Shown here in pieces: positions 1 through 11,489 of a DNA stretch of 64,000 nt. Made by a program: the position numbers and the translations under genes. The stretch is taken from assembly GCA_028534125.1 (NCBI GenBank), contig CM052817.1, forward strand, positions 29,638,001 through 29,702,000, given 5' to 3'. The DNA is from Lama glama (lineage: Eukaryota). The notes beneath the pieces are model-generated. The model did no database searches. It saw only the letters and a program-made list of their open reading frames with translations, and was not told where the DNA came from. Every line of letters starts with the position of its first letter. Position 1 is the stretch's first letter.

Positions 1-237
1 GCCTCCAGAGGGGTGACCATTGTGGCCAGTGCCACAATCGAGTCTACAGGAACCTCACCTGAAGTGGCCACGGAGCATAGAACCAGAGTGCAGGGAGACT
101 GTGATGGGAGACTGTGGCAGGCTATGCTCACTGAGGTCCCGCAGGCACTGGCAGCCCCTCCTTTGAAGTCACTCTGCTTCCTGGATGCTTGCTTGCACTC
201 TGGGCCTGTGATGGAAGTGGCAGCTTTGGTGATCTCT

Positions 238-502
238 TTTTTTTTTTTGGGGGGGGGGTTTCATGGGTAGGTTTTATTCCTAGTAGCAGTATTTCCTTTT
301 TAAAAAACTAAGGCATAATTGACTAACATCACTATATTAGTTTCAGGTGCACAACACAGCAATTCAATATTTTTATACACTACAAAGTGATCACCAGGAT
401 AAGCCTAGCTACCGTCTGTCTCCACACATGATTGACAACTTCTCTATGCTGTACGTTACATCCCCATGACTTTTTTCTTTTATAACTGGAAGTTTGTACC
501 TC
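238..502 (-). mobile_element. 3'-transduced segment: older L1 3' UTR piece plus unique flank and a second poly(A)
   Basis: T11 at 238-248. AATAAA on the minus strand at 273-278. Older L1 3' end at ~297-502. Lies inside the TSD at 227-237/686-696. Confidence 0.75.
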
Positions 503-685
503 TTTTTTTTTTACATTTTTTATTGATTCATAATCATTTTACAGTGTTGTGTCAAATTCCAGTGTTCAGCACAATTTTTCAGTCATTCATGGACATATAC
601 ACACTCATTGTCACATTTTTTTCTCTGTGATTTATCATAACATTTTGTGTATATTTCCCTGTGCTATACACTGTAATTTTGCTTA
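503..685 (-). mobile_element. Young 5'-truncated L1 3' end (camelid type)
   Basis: T10 at 503-512 is followed by an L1 3' UTR terminus (TTTTTTATTGATTCATAATCATTTTACAGTGTTGTGTCAAATTCC...TTTCCCTGTGCTATACA), similar to the L1 ends at 25434, 33645 and 56621. Confidence 0.85.
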
Positions 686-1401
686 TGGTGATCTCTGAAT
701 TGTCTTCAGGGCCATTCTGCCACATTTTAGAGAACAGCTCCTAGCTCCTGTGAGACGGCTCATCCATACTAATATCAGTATTAAAGGATCCTTGGCCACA
801 CCTTTAGTGTTCTTGTTTTTTGCAATATGGATAAGCAGAGAATTTTCCAAATTTTTAAATTCTGCTTCTCTTTTGATTAATAATTCCATCTTTAAGTCAT
901 TGCTCTATTTTTGAATGCTACTGTTGGGAGTCTGGAGAAGCCACACTACACTCTAAACACCCCTTAGAAATAGCTTCAGCTAAATATTGCATTTCACTGC
1001 TTACACCTTCTAGCATCCACAGAAGACACATATAACTTAGCCAAATTCTTTGCCACTGTATAACTAGGATCACCTTTCCTCTAGTTTTCAATAACACATT
1101 TTTCATTTACATCTGAGACCTCATCGGAATGGCCTTTACCATCTATATCCCTACTAACATTCTGCTGAAAATTACTTGGATATTCTCTAAGAAGGCTGAG
1201 GCTTTTCCCTTTAGCTCTTGCCTTTTCTTTCTGAGCTCTCATTCAAATCATTTTTAAAGGTTCATTCATGTCTATGTAGGCTTTTTCTAGCATGCACCTC
1301 AGAACCGCCCCCAGCCTCTATCTATTTCCTGTTTCAAAAGCTGCTTCCACATTTCTAGATATTTGTGCCACAGAGACATCCCATCTCTTGGTACCAATTT
1401 C

Positions 1402-1754
1402 TTTCTTAGTTCATTCAGGCTGCTATAAGACAGTACCACAGACTGCGTGGCTTATAAACAACAGAAATTTATTTCTCATAGTTCTGGAGGCTGAGGAAAC
1501 TAAGATCAAGTTGCTAACAGTGTCTGGTTTCTAGTTTCTAGTTCATAGACAACATTGTTTTGCTGTGTCCTCACATGGCAGAGAAGTCAGAGATCTCTCT
1601 GGACTTCCTTTTATAAGGACGTGATCTTATTCATTATGAGTCCACCCTTATTACCTAAGAACTTCTCAAAGACCCTGCTTCCAAATACAATCACATTTTG
1701 TATTGGGATTTCAGCGTATGAATTTTGAGGGACACAAATATTCAGTCTATAGAA
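1402..1754 (-). mobile_element. MaLR LTR (MLT1A-like)
   Basis: TCTTAGTTCATTCAGGCTGCTATAA...AGAAATTTATTTCTCATAGTTCTGGAGGCTG...TATGAATTTTGAGGGACACAAATATTCAGTCTATAG matches the MLT1A-type LTR in reverse. Confidence 0.85.
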
Positions 1755-1756
1755 AC

Positions 1757-2289
1757 ATCAAAATCAAGGACTACCTTATACTTTAAATGCCTTAAAATTT
1801 CCCCTCAACTTGACTAAACAGGAAGAAGCCTGATCTAAGCCCCTGTCTCCCTTTTCTTAGAACAGTTACTTTAGAAAACTTTTAAGTACAAATTCTTTCT
1901 CTGCCCTTTTGAGGTATATACATTTCTCTCAACCTCTTGCCAACTTTGCAACCCAACAATATATTTCTGAAGGACTTGGGAGCCACTTTTTCCGATAAAT
2001 CATCAAGGAAGATAGTTCCCCTCTCTTTCTGCCCCTGAAGGAGAGTGGGGACCAAACTTTGATAAGTGTCAGTTGGCAAACATAGATGGCCTAATCACAT
2101 TGACCAGCCTCCCTCCCACCCACCCCCAGCATCTTCTTGTACTTTTTCATTAGCTCATTCAAGCACTTCAAAAAACATGCACCTGTGGTCTCTGTGGAAT
2201 AGCGTTCAATCTCTCTTCTCTATTATGATGGTCTTGAATACAGTCTTCATTGCCTGTTTAATTTGTCTGGGTCAGTTTCTCTTTGCCCA
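1757..2289 (+). mobile_element. ERV1 solo LTR (MER34-like)
   Basis: The 3' end GTCTTGAATACAGTCTTCATTGCCTGTTTAATTTGTCTGG and the internal GATGGCCTAATCACATTGACC resemble MER34A-type LTRs. Confidence 0.7.
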
Positions 2290-2914
2290 GAGGATATTTA
2301 ATTAATAATAATCTAATTTTGTTAGAAGCAAGACATTATAAACAGTTTTAGAAGTATGTGTTCATTTGCTTTAACTTAAAGAAGCAAATTTCTAGGGAAA
2401 ATAACTTTGAAGTAGTTGAGTATAGTTAAAATTTAAGGAAATTGAATAATGAATTTCTCTAGCTGTGACTTAACATGTTGTAATGCAATTTGTAAGACAC
2501 TGCAGATAATGTTAGCTCAGCTCTGAAATTAAGTTCTCTCCAGCACTAGGAGGCTGTTGCTAGCATATACAGTTCTAGTCGACAATATCATGGAGTTTAA
2601 AAATGTGCAGTTTCATCAGGGGCTCAATATATTAGTTTTGTTTGTAAGGAGGCTGAAACTGGCTGTGTTTAACTAAGGAGAAAATCAGGGATACCTGTTT
2701 ATATAAGGATCTTAGCTCAGAAAATAATTTAGGCAGAAATAATGCATTTTTCAATTAGATTATTTTCTTATTTATAAGCACTTTCTACAAATGTAGGGGA
2801 CACAGTACAGATATCCTTGACATTGTCAAGATATGAGCATGAAATAATTACTCTCTTTTTGCTAGCCTTACTTTTTAGCATTTTTTGGTTTGTTTATCTT
2901 CATAAAGTTACACT

Positions 2915-3089
2915 CACTTGTGTGCTGTAAATGCTTAACAATTAGGGAGGAAAAGCCCTAATTTGTAGTGTTTGCTGATATCATGGTATAAATATCCAGG
3001 CTTCCAAAGAGATATCACTGAATGATGGTCTGGGAATAGATATGCAAAACTCTTTCAAGCTGCAATGAGCCAGTTTCAGTATACCTCTG
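2915..3089. mobile_element. hAT DNA transposon remnant (MER63-like)
   Basis: GTGTGCTGTAAATGCTTAACAA...AAAAGCCCTAATTTGTAGTGTTTGCTGAT...GAGCCAGTTTCAGTATACCTCTG, with degenerate terminal inverted repeats. Confidence 0.7.
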
Positions 3090-3119
3090 GTTACAGGTAT
3101 CATTTAACATTAATGAATG

Positions 3120-3517
3120 ATCTACTTGCTTACCAATTAATTCTGGTTATCCCTGCTTCTGGACACTAGACTGAATTCAGCTTTCTTGCCCCCTTGTGGT
3201 TGAATGAGCCCTTGTGATTACTTCTGGTCAATGAGTGATAGCAGAGGTGTTACATATCACTTTCAGTCCAGATAATTTAATTGTCTTTGCAAGACCCTCT
3301 AGAACTCTCTTTCCCCTCTGCCAAGGTCATGAGCGTCTTCTAGATAGTGACTTGTCATCACCTTCAGTCCTAGAGTAAAGACAAAAACCACAAAAGCAAA
3401 ACTGGTCTATGACAGACATTTGATATGAATGGCAATTAAATCTGTGTTACATTGAACCACAGAAAATATCAGGATTGTTTTGTTATTGCAGCATAACCTA
3501 ACCTATCTTGCCTGATA
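3120..3517 (+). mobile_element. Old MaLR LTR (MLT1H-J-like)
   Basis: 3' terminus TTTGTTATTGCAGCATAACCTAACCTATCTTGCCTGATA. Internal TTCTGGTCAATGAG...GCAGAGGTG. Confidence 0.7.
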
Positions 3518-5474
3518 AACCCTTTTATCAGTTATTATAAAATGTCCTTCCATTCATACACTTTAAAATAGTAAATAAGCTTATGTCAGACATTGCAACT
3601 TGTTAAAAAATAAATTTCCAGATACCAATTTGACAGTTCAGTTTTCTCTGTTCACCTCAGCCATTCTGTTTCCAATGGGTATTTTCTTCTTGTCTTTTTG
3701 ACAAAAATAACAGTTTGAACTGAAATATATAGTTTCAAGGATTCAGACACAGGTAATGTTCTTATTTACTTAAACATCATTTATGCAATTAATTTGTTTT
3801 TAATTAATGGGTACCAATGAATATGAAAGAATTATGAAAGGTGTATCATTTTCCTAGGAGCACATTTATCTGTGTATAAAGAGAGCAAATATGAAAAAAA
3901 AAACTGGTCTGCATACAATCCTGTGAAAGTCAAAGCCAATACTAAAGACCAGTTTTAGATGGGGTGGCCTGAGAGCAGATGTTACATGCTGTCTTATGAT
4001 AATCAATGCATTTTAGAATAATTTTATACTCTTAGGGTATAAAATTTTATACTCTAAGGTGGATATCAATATTAAGCACACGACTGGGTGAATGCCTTAT
4101 TTTTAGAAAAATCTCAGTGTTGTCAAACATAACTATCTTGAGCACAGGGAACCCTCATCATGATTGTTTTTACCTCTTGCTGGATGTATGCCCTTATGCT
4201 TCTGTAGCTTTATGGTTGTAGGAAAAGCTTCAAATTTATAGTTAAATTAGAAATATAACTAGATTACAAATAAGAAGATACAGTAAGATCTTATTTTTAC
4301 CTGTACCCCAATAATGAGCATAAAAAGCTTTAATTTGTTAGCTGATACAGAAATTCCTCTTAGTCAAGAACTCTGAGACTGATGTCTAGATGAAACTAAT
4401 GCTGACAGGAAAAAGAAACCTGAGGGATCTGAAATCGACAAAAGCAAAGACGGAAAAAGAGAAGAGCCGGCCTCTTCACAATGTAAACTCCACGTTGGAT
4501 AGAAGAGGAATTGTATGAAGTCAGGAAAATACTTGGGAACATATGCGTCTAGGACAGTCAGGCTAGAGGAGAGAGATTGCCTGGGAAGGGGCCAGTGAGA
4601 GAATCCCAGGTGTGACATTAAATAAAAATTAAAACATGTGAATAGATTTTATTACACACCCATCACTGTTCCTTATCCCCCAAAGAACTTTAATAAAAAC
4701 AAGTGCATACTATTGAAATTAAATCACGTTTCATTGCTAAGATAGCAGATTACTTTAGCTACTCATTCTATGCGCCTCTGCAAAATTCACAATTTCTTTG
4801 AGTGAGTCTACTGAACTAAAAATTTTCTTAGTGAATGACTTTTTGTATGGAAAGGCCTGACTTTCAAAACTAGATTGATAGATTGCAGGACAGAAATTAA
4901 ATTTTAGAACAAAAATGATGTATGGTATTTGGAAACAGGACACAGAGGCAAAGGTGAATTTGGGAATTATAAAAATGTTTCAGAGATATTCACAGACATC
5001 AACAGTCAAGTTATGTCTTACCTAGATCTCAAGGCTCTGATAAAAAAAAAAATCTCAATACTAAATGTTAACTATAGTACTAACAGTTCTAGCTGGTAGG
5101 AATGATAATTATTTTATTTATAGAGAATTTATTTTTATTTTTAGATAATAAACATGGATAACTTATGTACTTTTAAAAATGTATTTAGAAGCTTTGGAAA
5201 TTAATGCAAATAAATATAGAATTACAGTAGTAATAACACTTAGGAAATAAAGTATAGCTTTGTGCTACTAAAATTTTTACATAAATTGTTGATTAGTTTG
5301 GTGATATTTTTCCCCCTTGTGCTTTAAAATGACACCCATACTGGTCTTCCTTGACTATAGAAATATACTTTGTTCTAAAATAAGGTTGCCTTATTTTGAC
5401 AAGTAGTTTTTAAAATTCTTCAGGTTTAGAGGAGATATTTGTATTCTCAAATTATAGCCCATTGGAAAACAGTA

Positions 5475-5500
5475 GGCACTGGGCACTGGGCACTGGGCAC
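5475..5500. repeat. Tandem heptamer (GGCACTG) x ~3.7
   Basis: Read directly: GGCACTG GGCACTG GGCACTG GGCAC. Confidence 0.9.
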
Positions 5501-5946
5501 ATCATGTGTTAATGGAGAAGCAAGGTAAATACAGAGTTTGGTTAAAAAAGGATTTTTATCTTTATGGGAAAATATAGTAAAGTGGGGTCAAATTTGTGTG
5601 GAGTTTCTGACTGTGTCATTGTTAATATTCAGGTTAGGTGCATGTTGTACATCCTCATTATAAAAATATTGCATTTATTTCCTTTCAACATATGCTATTC
5701 TTAGGAAATTTATTTAAAATGGGATTTCAATTCTCTGGAAACATGATCTATGACAAAAAACTATTATCCCTTGATTAATTTTATTTTTACTTTAATAATT
5801 TCATATAAACTATATAAGATTTAGTAGAGCACATTTTACTACATTTAAAGAAATACATACCCAACTTCTGGTGGTTTTATGGTGCCAGAAATTTACTTTT
5901 CCTCCCATTTGACATAATGAGAATTCACTAATGGACTCAGATAAAG

Positions 5947-5960
5947 AGTGTGTGTGTGTA

Positions 5961-5993
<33 letters not shown>
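5947..5993. repeat. Compound microsatellite (GT)n(GA)n
   Basis: Read directly. Confidence 0.95.
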
Positions 5994-8524
5994 TTGATCA
6001 TTTTAGCTCAGAAAAATGGAAGTAAGCCTCTTAACTTTTGCTCTTGATTTGAACTTACCAAGTTATAGACAAAACATTTTGAGATTGGTTATCCTTCTTC
6101 ACAATGGGGGTAGAGGGCTTTTATAGGAGCTCTTACCACAAAAAGAAACATAATTGGAGGGGATAAACTCTCTGCTTTGGGAATAAGTGTCTAAGGAAAA
6201 AAGGAAAGGAAAAAGAAAAGAGAAGAAAATAGAATAAAAAATCAGAATTAGACCATATTGCCCAATTTCACTACATGTATGGCTTAATGGATAGACCCTC
6301 ACTGATATCACTACTTATGTGCTTTATGCCTCACTTTAAATGTTTGAGGAGAAATAGACTTTTTAAAAATCAAATTCAGTTTAATTCAATACTGCTTCAG
6401 AGGAATGGGCAAAAAATTGAAAGCCTGCTAAGGAAATGAATGTTAAGGTGAATGAGAAACCGCTCTGAACATTCCCCTATCTTATTATTTCCATACACTG
6501 GGGTTAATAACCAAACCTAAGGTCAACCTGGGGCTGTGCCTGTGCCCACTCAAGGGAAATAAGTAATTACCTACCCGGAGTCCCACTCATCTCTGTGGGG
6601 CTACTCTCCCTGTATCTATGACAACTTCTTATTTATCTTTCAGAACCCGTGTAGTGAATCGTACACCACAATTGTACCCTGAATTTTGTTTCTTATCTTG
6701 CGTAAAAGCAGCCATGTTTTTCAATAACTCACCAGTGGTGATTATGTAAATCAAATAATAACATGATAATATTCTAAATAATACAGTGACACAAGTAGTA
6801 AAATAATTCTCAAACTTGAGGAATATGAATTCCTCCATCATTAAACGTATAGAAATAAAGTATAAGATATTCCCTCTCCTCCTTGAAAATTGAAGTTCAA
6901 AAAAATCAGTGTGTATAATTTTTCTTCAATTTCTTTATCTGCTCAGGTCTAATGATATCATCTTATTCAGAAGACATTTATTTACTTGGTTGCTTATGTC
7001 TGTATGTATATATTTACAGAAGCAGTTGCACCTTCTCCAGTGAATTACTTACAACATTAAATGATCTCTCACGTAGGCTTCTCGTTCCCTACTTTCCCCT
7101 AGAGTCAAATGGCTATACCTGCAGAACCAAAGAATGATATTCTGAAAATATGAGCTAACCTGCAGCCTCTGAAGAAGTTTTCATAAATAAATTATGTTCC
7201 TAGGAAATACTGATGTTACAATGCAAGCAAATTTCATAGACTGACTTGCTTATAAAAAAAATTTTTAGAAGGCTTACAAGGTCAATTGTGCCAGGTGTTT
7301 GGAACATTTTTGAACTTAATATAAGGAACTCCTCTATAAAATGGTGAAAATGTGTACCCCAGTGCCCAGTGCTGAGAAACAGTATCGTCTAGGCATAGAC
7401 GTTCTGAGAGGTTAGCATTTCACATAAATTTTATACTCCCTAGGCATGTAGATTTTTATAGGACTTGTCAGCATCTGAGACAATTTCAAAAAATGCAGTG
7501 ATGCCACCCTTGTTAAATAGGCCTTGCTTAAATTCTATTTCTTTCTCAGTTGATACGCTCTGAATATTTTGGCACATTTAGTACCAGTATTCCTTTCTAA
7601 CACTGTTTTCCTAGTAGCCCAATTCTGAGCTGGATGTGAACTCTATCTACTAACATAGTTTCCTCCTTTTATTTGAACAGGGTAAGCTACATCTATAGAC
7701 AGTTAATTGTCCAGTTGTAATTTATTTCCTTAATTTTTCTCCTTCGCAGTCTCATTCTACTGCTATTCCATCTGTATTTTTCTACTTTCAGAAACATCCC
7801 CAAGCATTTAATCTTGTATCACAGTGGCAGCTGCTGCCTCTGCCTGTAGAATTCCTAATGTATTTGAGTCCTAGCCCTGTGATGGTTTTGTCCTTGCCTC
7901 TACATTTAATTCAGGTGTGTAAGGACATCCACAGACTCTTAATCTGAAGGAACTGTTAATGGTTTCTTGTGATATTCAGGAACCCAAGGAGGAGCAATGT
8001 GGCCTGCTTTGTGCCATTCTTCAAAATCTACTCTTTCTCCAACTTTTGAATTTAGCATCATTTAGACATGTGGCAGCAGATATGTTCATGTCTTCAAGCT
8101 TTTTATGTCTCACCTGTGGATGTAGTCACAGTATCCCTTCTCCCTACCTGATCTAGTCCAGTTCGTTTTAACTTCTGAAGCGTACCTAGTTACATAGAAA
8201 GATGTTTTTACTTCTTAACACAGTCTTTCTCACATTTCTACTGTATCACATATTTGCAAGTTTAAAGTGCATCAGTTCCTTTTCTTTCCTAAAATCATTC
8301 TCCAAACGTCATCTTTTTCAGCCCTCACCAGTAAATATTGATGAATATAATAATTTCTTCATATGTCCAAACCATCCATTGTTAAGACAGTTTCTTTCAG
8401 TCATCACCTCTCTGTGTAGAGCAATTTCACTTTCTCATCATAACAAAATGTACTCTCAGCTGTTTTGTTCCTTGCTCCCTTTTGTGTGTGGCATCTTCTC
8501 TATGCTTTCCTTTAGAAACACACA

Positions 8525-8605
8525 AAAGGAACACTATATTTTATAGAGAAGCATATATATGCATATATACACACATATATACATATATTATACATAATAT
8601 ACATA
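8525..8605 (+). repeat. 81-bp dispersed duplicate, copy 1 (copy 2 at 12198-12278)
   Basis: 80/81 identical by manual alignment. Confidence 0.9.
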
Positions 8606-9042
8606 GAGAACAACATAAATGTATGGGTTTGATTCCATAGCGTCGTTGAAATACTGCATTAGCCTATTTTTAAAATAATGCCTGTATTCAGATTATTCTA
8701 GACTTTTATTCCCATTTATGTCTACGCAGTATGGTTTTCCAACTGTCCAAGGGTTGTTTCCCCAAATTGTTAAGGTGTCTGTTAAGAAAATACCTCTAAG
8801 TATTATTGTGGAGATATATTCCCATTGATTCTTTAAGATTTGTCCTTTCTCCCTTTTGTTAATCTCTTTTGGTGTCCAGTTGTCTGTATTTATCAGTTAA
8901 AACAATGATTTCTGTCTTCACTGGACCCATCAACAAGAGCAGTACAGGACATTTCCTTTTTCCTTTCACATTTGCCTAAGCTGGTCGTTGAGAGGTTTAC
9001 CATTTCCCTGGGGATTTTTCGCCTCCTCCAATGTAATTGTTT

Positions 9043-9528
9043 GCTTAATTTCCATTTCCATTTTTCACTGTTGTTCCCATTTTTAATTCAACAATTTTTT
9101 TTCTTTTAAAAGTATTTGTCTTTGAATCTTAGAACTAATTTGATTCTCAGAAATAACAGTCATTCAGACTCATCTTTTCAGTAACCTCCTGAGTTTGCAT
9201 TTCTAATAAAACTCTAGGGATTTACTTCTTCAATTCATGAAATGGCATGCTTTTTAAGAAAGTAGTCTCTTCTCCCACTGTCTTTATGTATTCGTTGATA
9301 AAATTAATCACATTCTGTGACTGAAACGTCAAAGGCTTTGGGAAGTGTGTATTATAAATCTGTGGACCCAAGACAAGTTTTATTACCACTGCTCTATCTT
9401 TAGTTTTAAATGCAGCTGCTAACAGGGAGAAGAAACACAGGTTGTTCAGGCAATGCTTATTAATGACTAATAGAATCATTAGGCTTAATTTCCATTTCCC
9501 CTTTTCACCGTTGTTCCCATTTTGAATT
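9043..9528 (+). repeat. 46-bp direct repeats (9043-9088 and 9483-9528) flanking a 394-bp segment
   Basis: 42/46 identical by manual alignment. Confidence 0.9.
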
Positions 9529-10639
9529 AAAAAAAAAATCTTGAAAAGATTTCCACTTGGCAGCATCCTTCTTATCTCATACAAATTAGAGGAAATTACT
9601 TATTCCTCAAAATACTTTGTAACTATCTGCTGAAAAAAATATGCAATAGATATCCAAGATTGCCAAGATCACTATGACATAAAGAGCACCACCTAGCATT
9701 GCATTGTGTACATCCAATACTAAGGTTCTTAACCACGTTGACTTTATCTGATATCATGGTTTAAATACCAGGCTTTAGCCCTGAGTGAGGTTAAATTTAA
9801 GGAGAAAAAAATTATACTTCTAAGAAAGATGCCTAAAAATCCCCAAATCACTCACTGTAAACATCAGGTGATACTTACCAGTGATTATGCACATGGGATT
9901 TGCAAATCCCTAGAAAAAGCAAATTACTCACCTACTAAAAGATTGTGAGAGAACATTTCTTGCCCTTCACGACACTCCTGCACATTCATTTGACGTATTG
10001 TGTTAGTTTATCTTGACACTTAGTAGAGGTACCTTTTCTTACCAAGCAAACTCTGTAGCCATATTCCCAAGGACACCAGCCACTGTTGCTCTTAATATTT
10101 ATATTGCCAGTATGGGACCAATAACCACATAGTTGGCACATAATAAATTATCACCATTGCCTTACTCAAAGACTTGGGCTTCTGATTGCTATTTTGTCTC
10201 TCAAATGCTAGAGGTCCAGATATCTTGGGTAGTGGTCTATATTTTGGAAGCTAAGGACTACCCACTGAAAAGCCTTTCATTCCAAGTTCTAATCATTTGA
10301 GAACATTTTTTAAAAGATGCCAACTAATACCACAAAAAACGACAGTATGAAACTGTACAGTCTTCTAAAGTTTCATCTTCCCACTGAAACAACCATTTAG
10401 CTGGAAAGAGCAATTGGAATCAACTATTTGGGAACCATGGAATCTGACTTGGCAGTTGTAACAATCAGAGGAGTGCTTTATGAAGGTAGAGGCTGTTGTT
10501 CTCTGGTAAGAGAGTGGTGAGCGTACTGTAACCCATTCCTCCAATAGGAGCTTGCATCCCTGGAGCAGGTGGCCAGTCCTAAGATGGGCGGTGAGGACCT
10601 GGTCCTCCAAAAATTTGGGATTGTACATTTTAGTTGGTC

Positions 10640-11277
10640 TGGAAAATGACAAGCATTGAAGATGCAAAGAAAAGGAACCCTCACGCATTACTGGTAGAGC
10701 CACTGTGGAAAACAGTTTGGCTGTTTCTCAAAAACTTAAACATATACAGTTCCCCTCCTAGTTAGTTATATACCCCAAATAATTTTTAAAAGGACTCAAA
10801 CAGATACTAGTACACAAATATTCATAACAGCATTTTCAAAATAGCCAAAAGGTGGAAACAACCCAAATGTCTAACAAAAAATGATGTATTGGAAAAAATG
10901 TGGTATATCCATACAATGGGATACTATTCAGCCATATGTAGGAATGAACTTCGGATCCATGTTATAATATGGATGAACCCTAAAAACATGTTAAGTGAAG
11001 TAAGCCAGGAGAAATATGATTCTACTTACATTGGGTATCTAGAATAGGCAAATTCATAGAGACAGAAAGTAAAACCGAGGTTACTAGAGGCTGGGATGAG
11101 GGATATCATGAGTTATTGCTTAATGAATATAGAATTTCTCTTTGGGATGATGAAAAATTTCTGGAAACACATAATAGTGATGGTTACACAACATTGTAAA
11201 TGTACTTAATGCTGTAGAATTGTATACCTGAAAATGGTTAACATGGAAAAAATTATGTATATTTTACTGCAAAAAAG
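10640..11277 (+). mobile_element. L1 3' end (L1MB-like)
   Basis: ORF2 C-terminal and 3' UTR motifs: GCCACTGTGGAAAACAGTTTGG, GGTGGAAACAACCCAAATGTC, ATAGGCAAATTCATAGAGACAGAAAGTA, TGAAAATGGTTAA. A-rich end. Confidence 0.9.
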
Positions 11278-11489
11278 GTATATAGTGAAAAGTGTCTCTC
11301 CACCTGTGAACACTCCACACCACAATCGGGGAACCATTCATCAGTTTCTTCTACAGTCTTCCAAAGTTTCTTCCCACTTTTATTTAAGCAATAATTTAAA
11401 TATTCTCATATATTAACGTTAGAAAAGTAATAAATGGTGCCAATTTCAGCCACAAAAAAAGAGGAGAAAAGAAAATTCTGAGCTCTACG

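Larger units (their letters stand above)
1..1401 (-). mobile_element. MaLR (MLT1/MST-like) internal region, interrupted at 238-685 by an L1 insertion
   Basis: Abuts a MaLR LTR through the typical junction (minus strand GAAATTGGTACCAAGAG...GAAATGTGGAAGCAGCTTT). The sequence is continuous across the duplicated TGGTGATCTCT. Confidence 0.75.

Noticed and set aside
4380..4610. Purine-rich stretch with a few CpGs that looks coding (ETNADRKKKPEGSEIDKSKDGKREEP)
   Set aside because: The frame is closed by stops on both sides, and I see no clear splice sites, no recognisable homolog, and no poly(A) or TSD.
6137..6190. FIPSNYV in ORF 6099..6311, resembling the end of an SH3 domain
   Set aside because: The preceding Gly and the upstream SH3 Trp motif are absent and no adjoining SH3 exon is visible. 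Probably coincidence.
10365..10703. 112-aa minus-strand ORF as a gene or processed pseudogene
   Set aside because: It starts inside antisense L1 sequence and none of its frames gives a protein I recognise.
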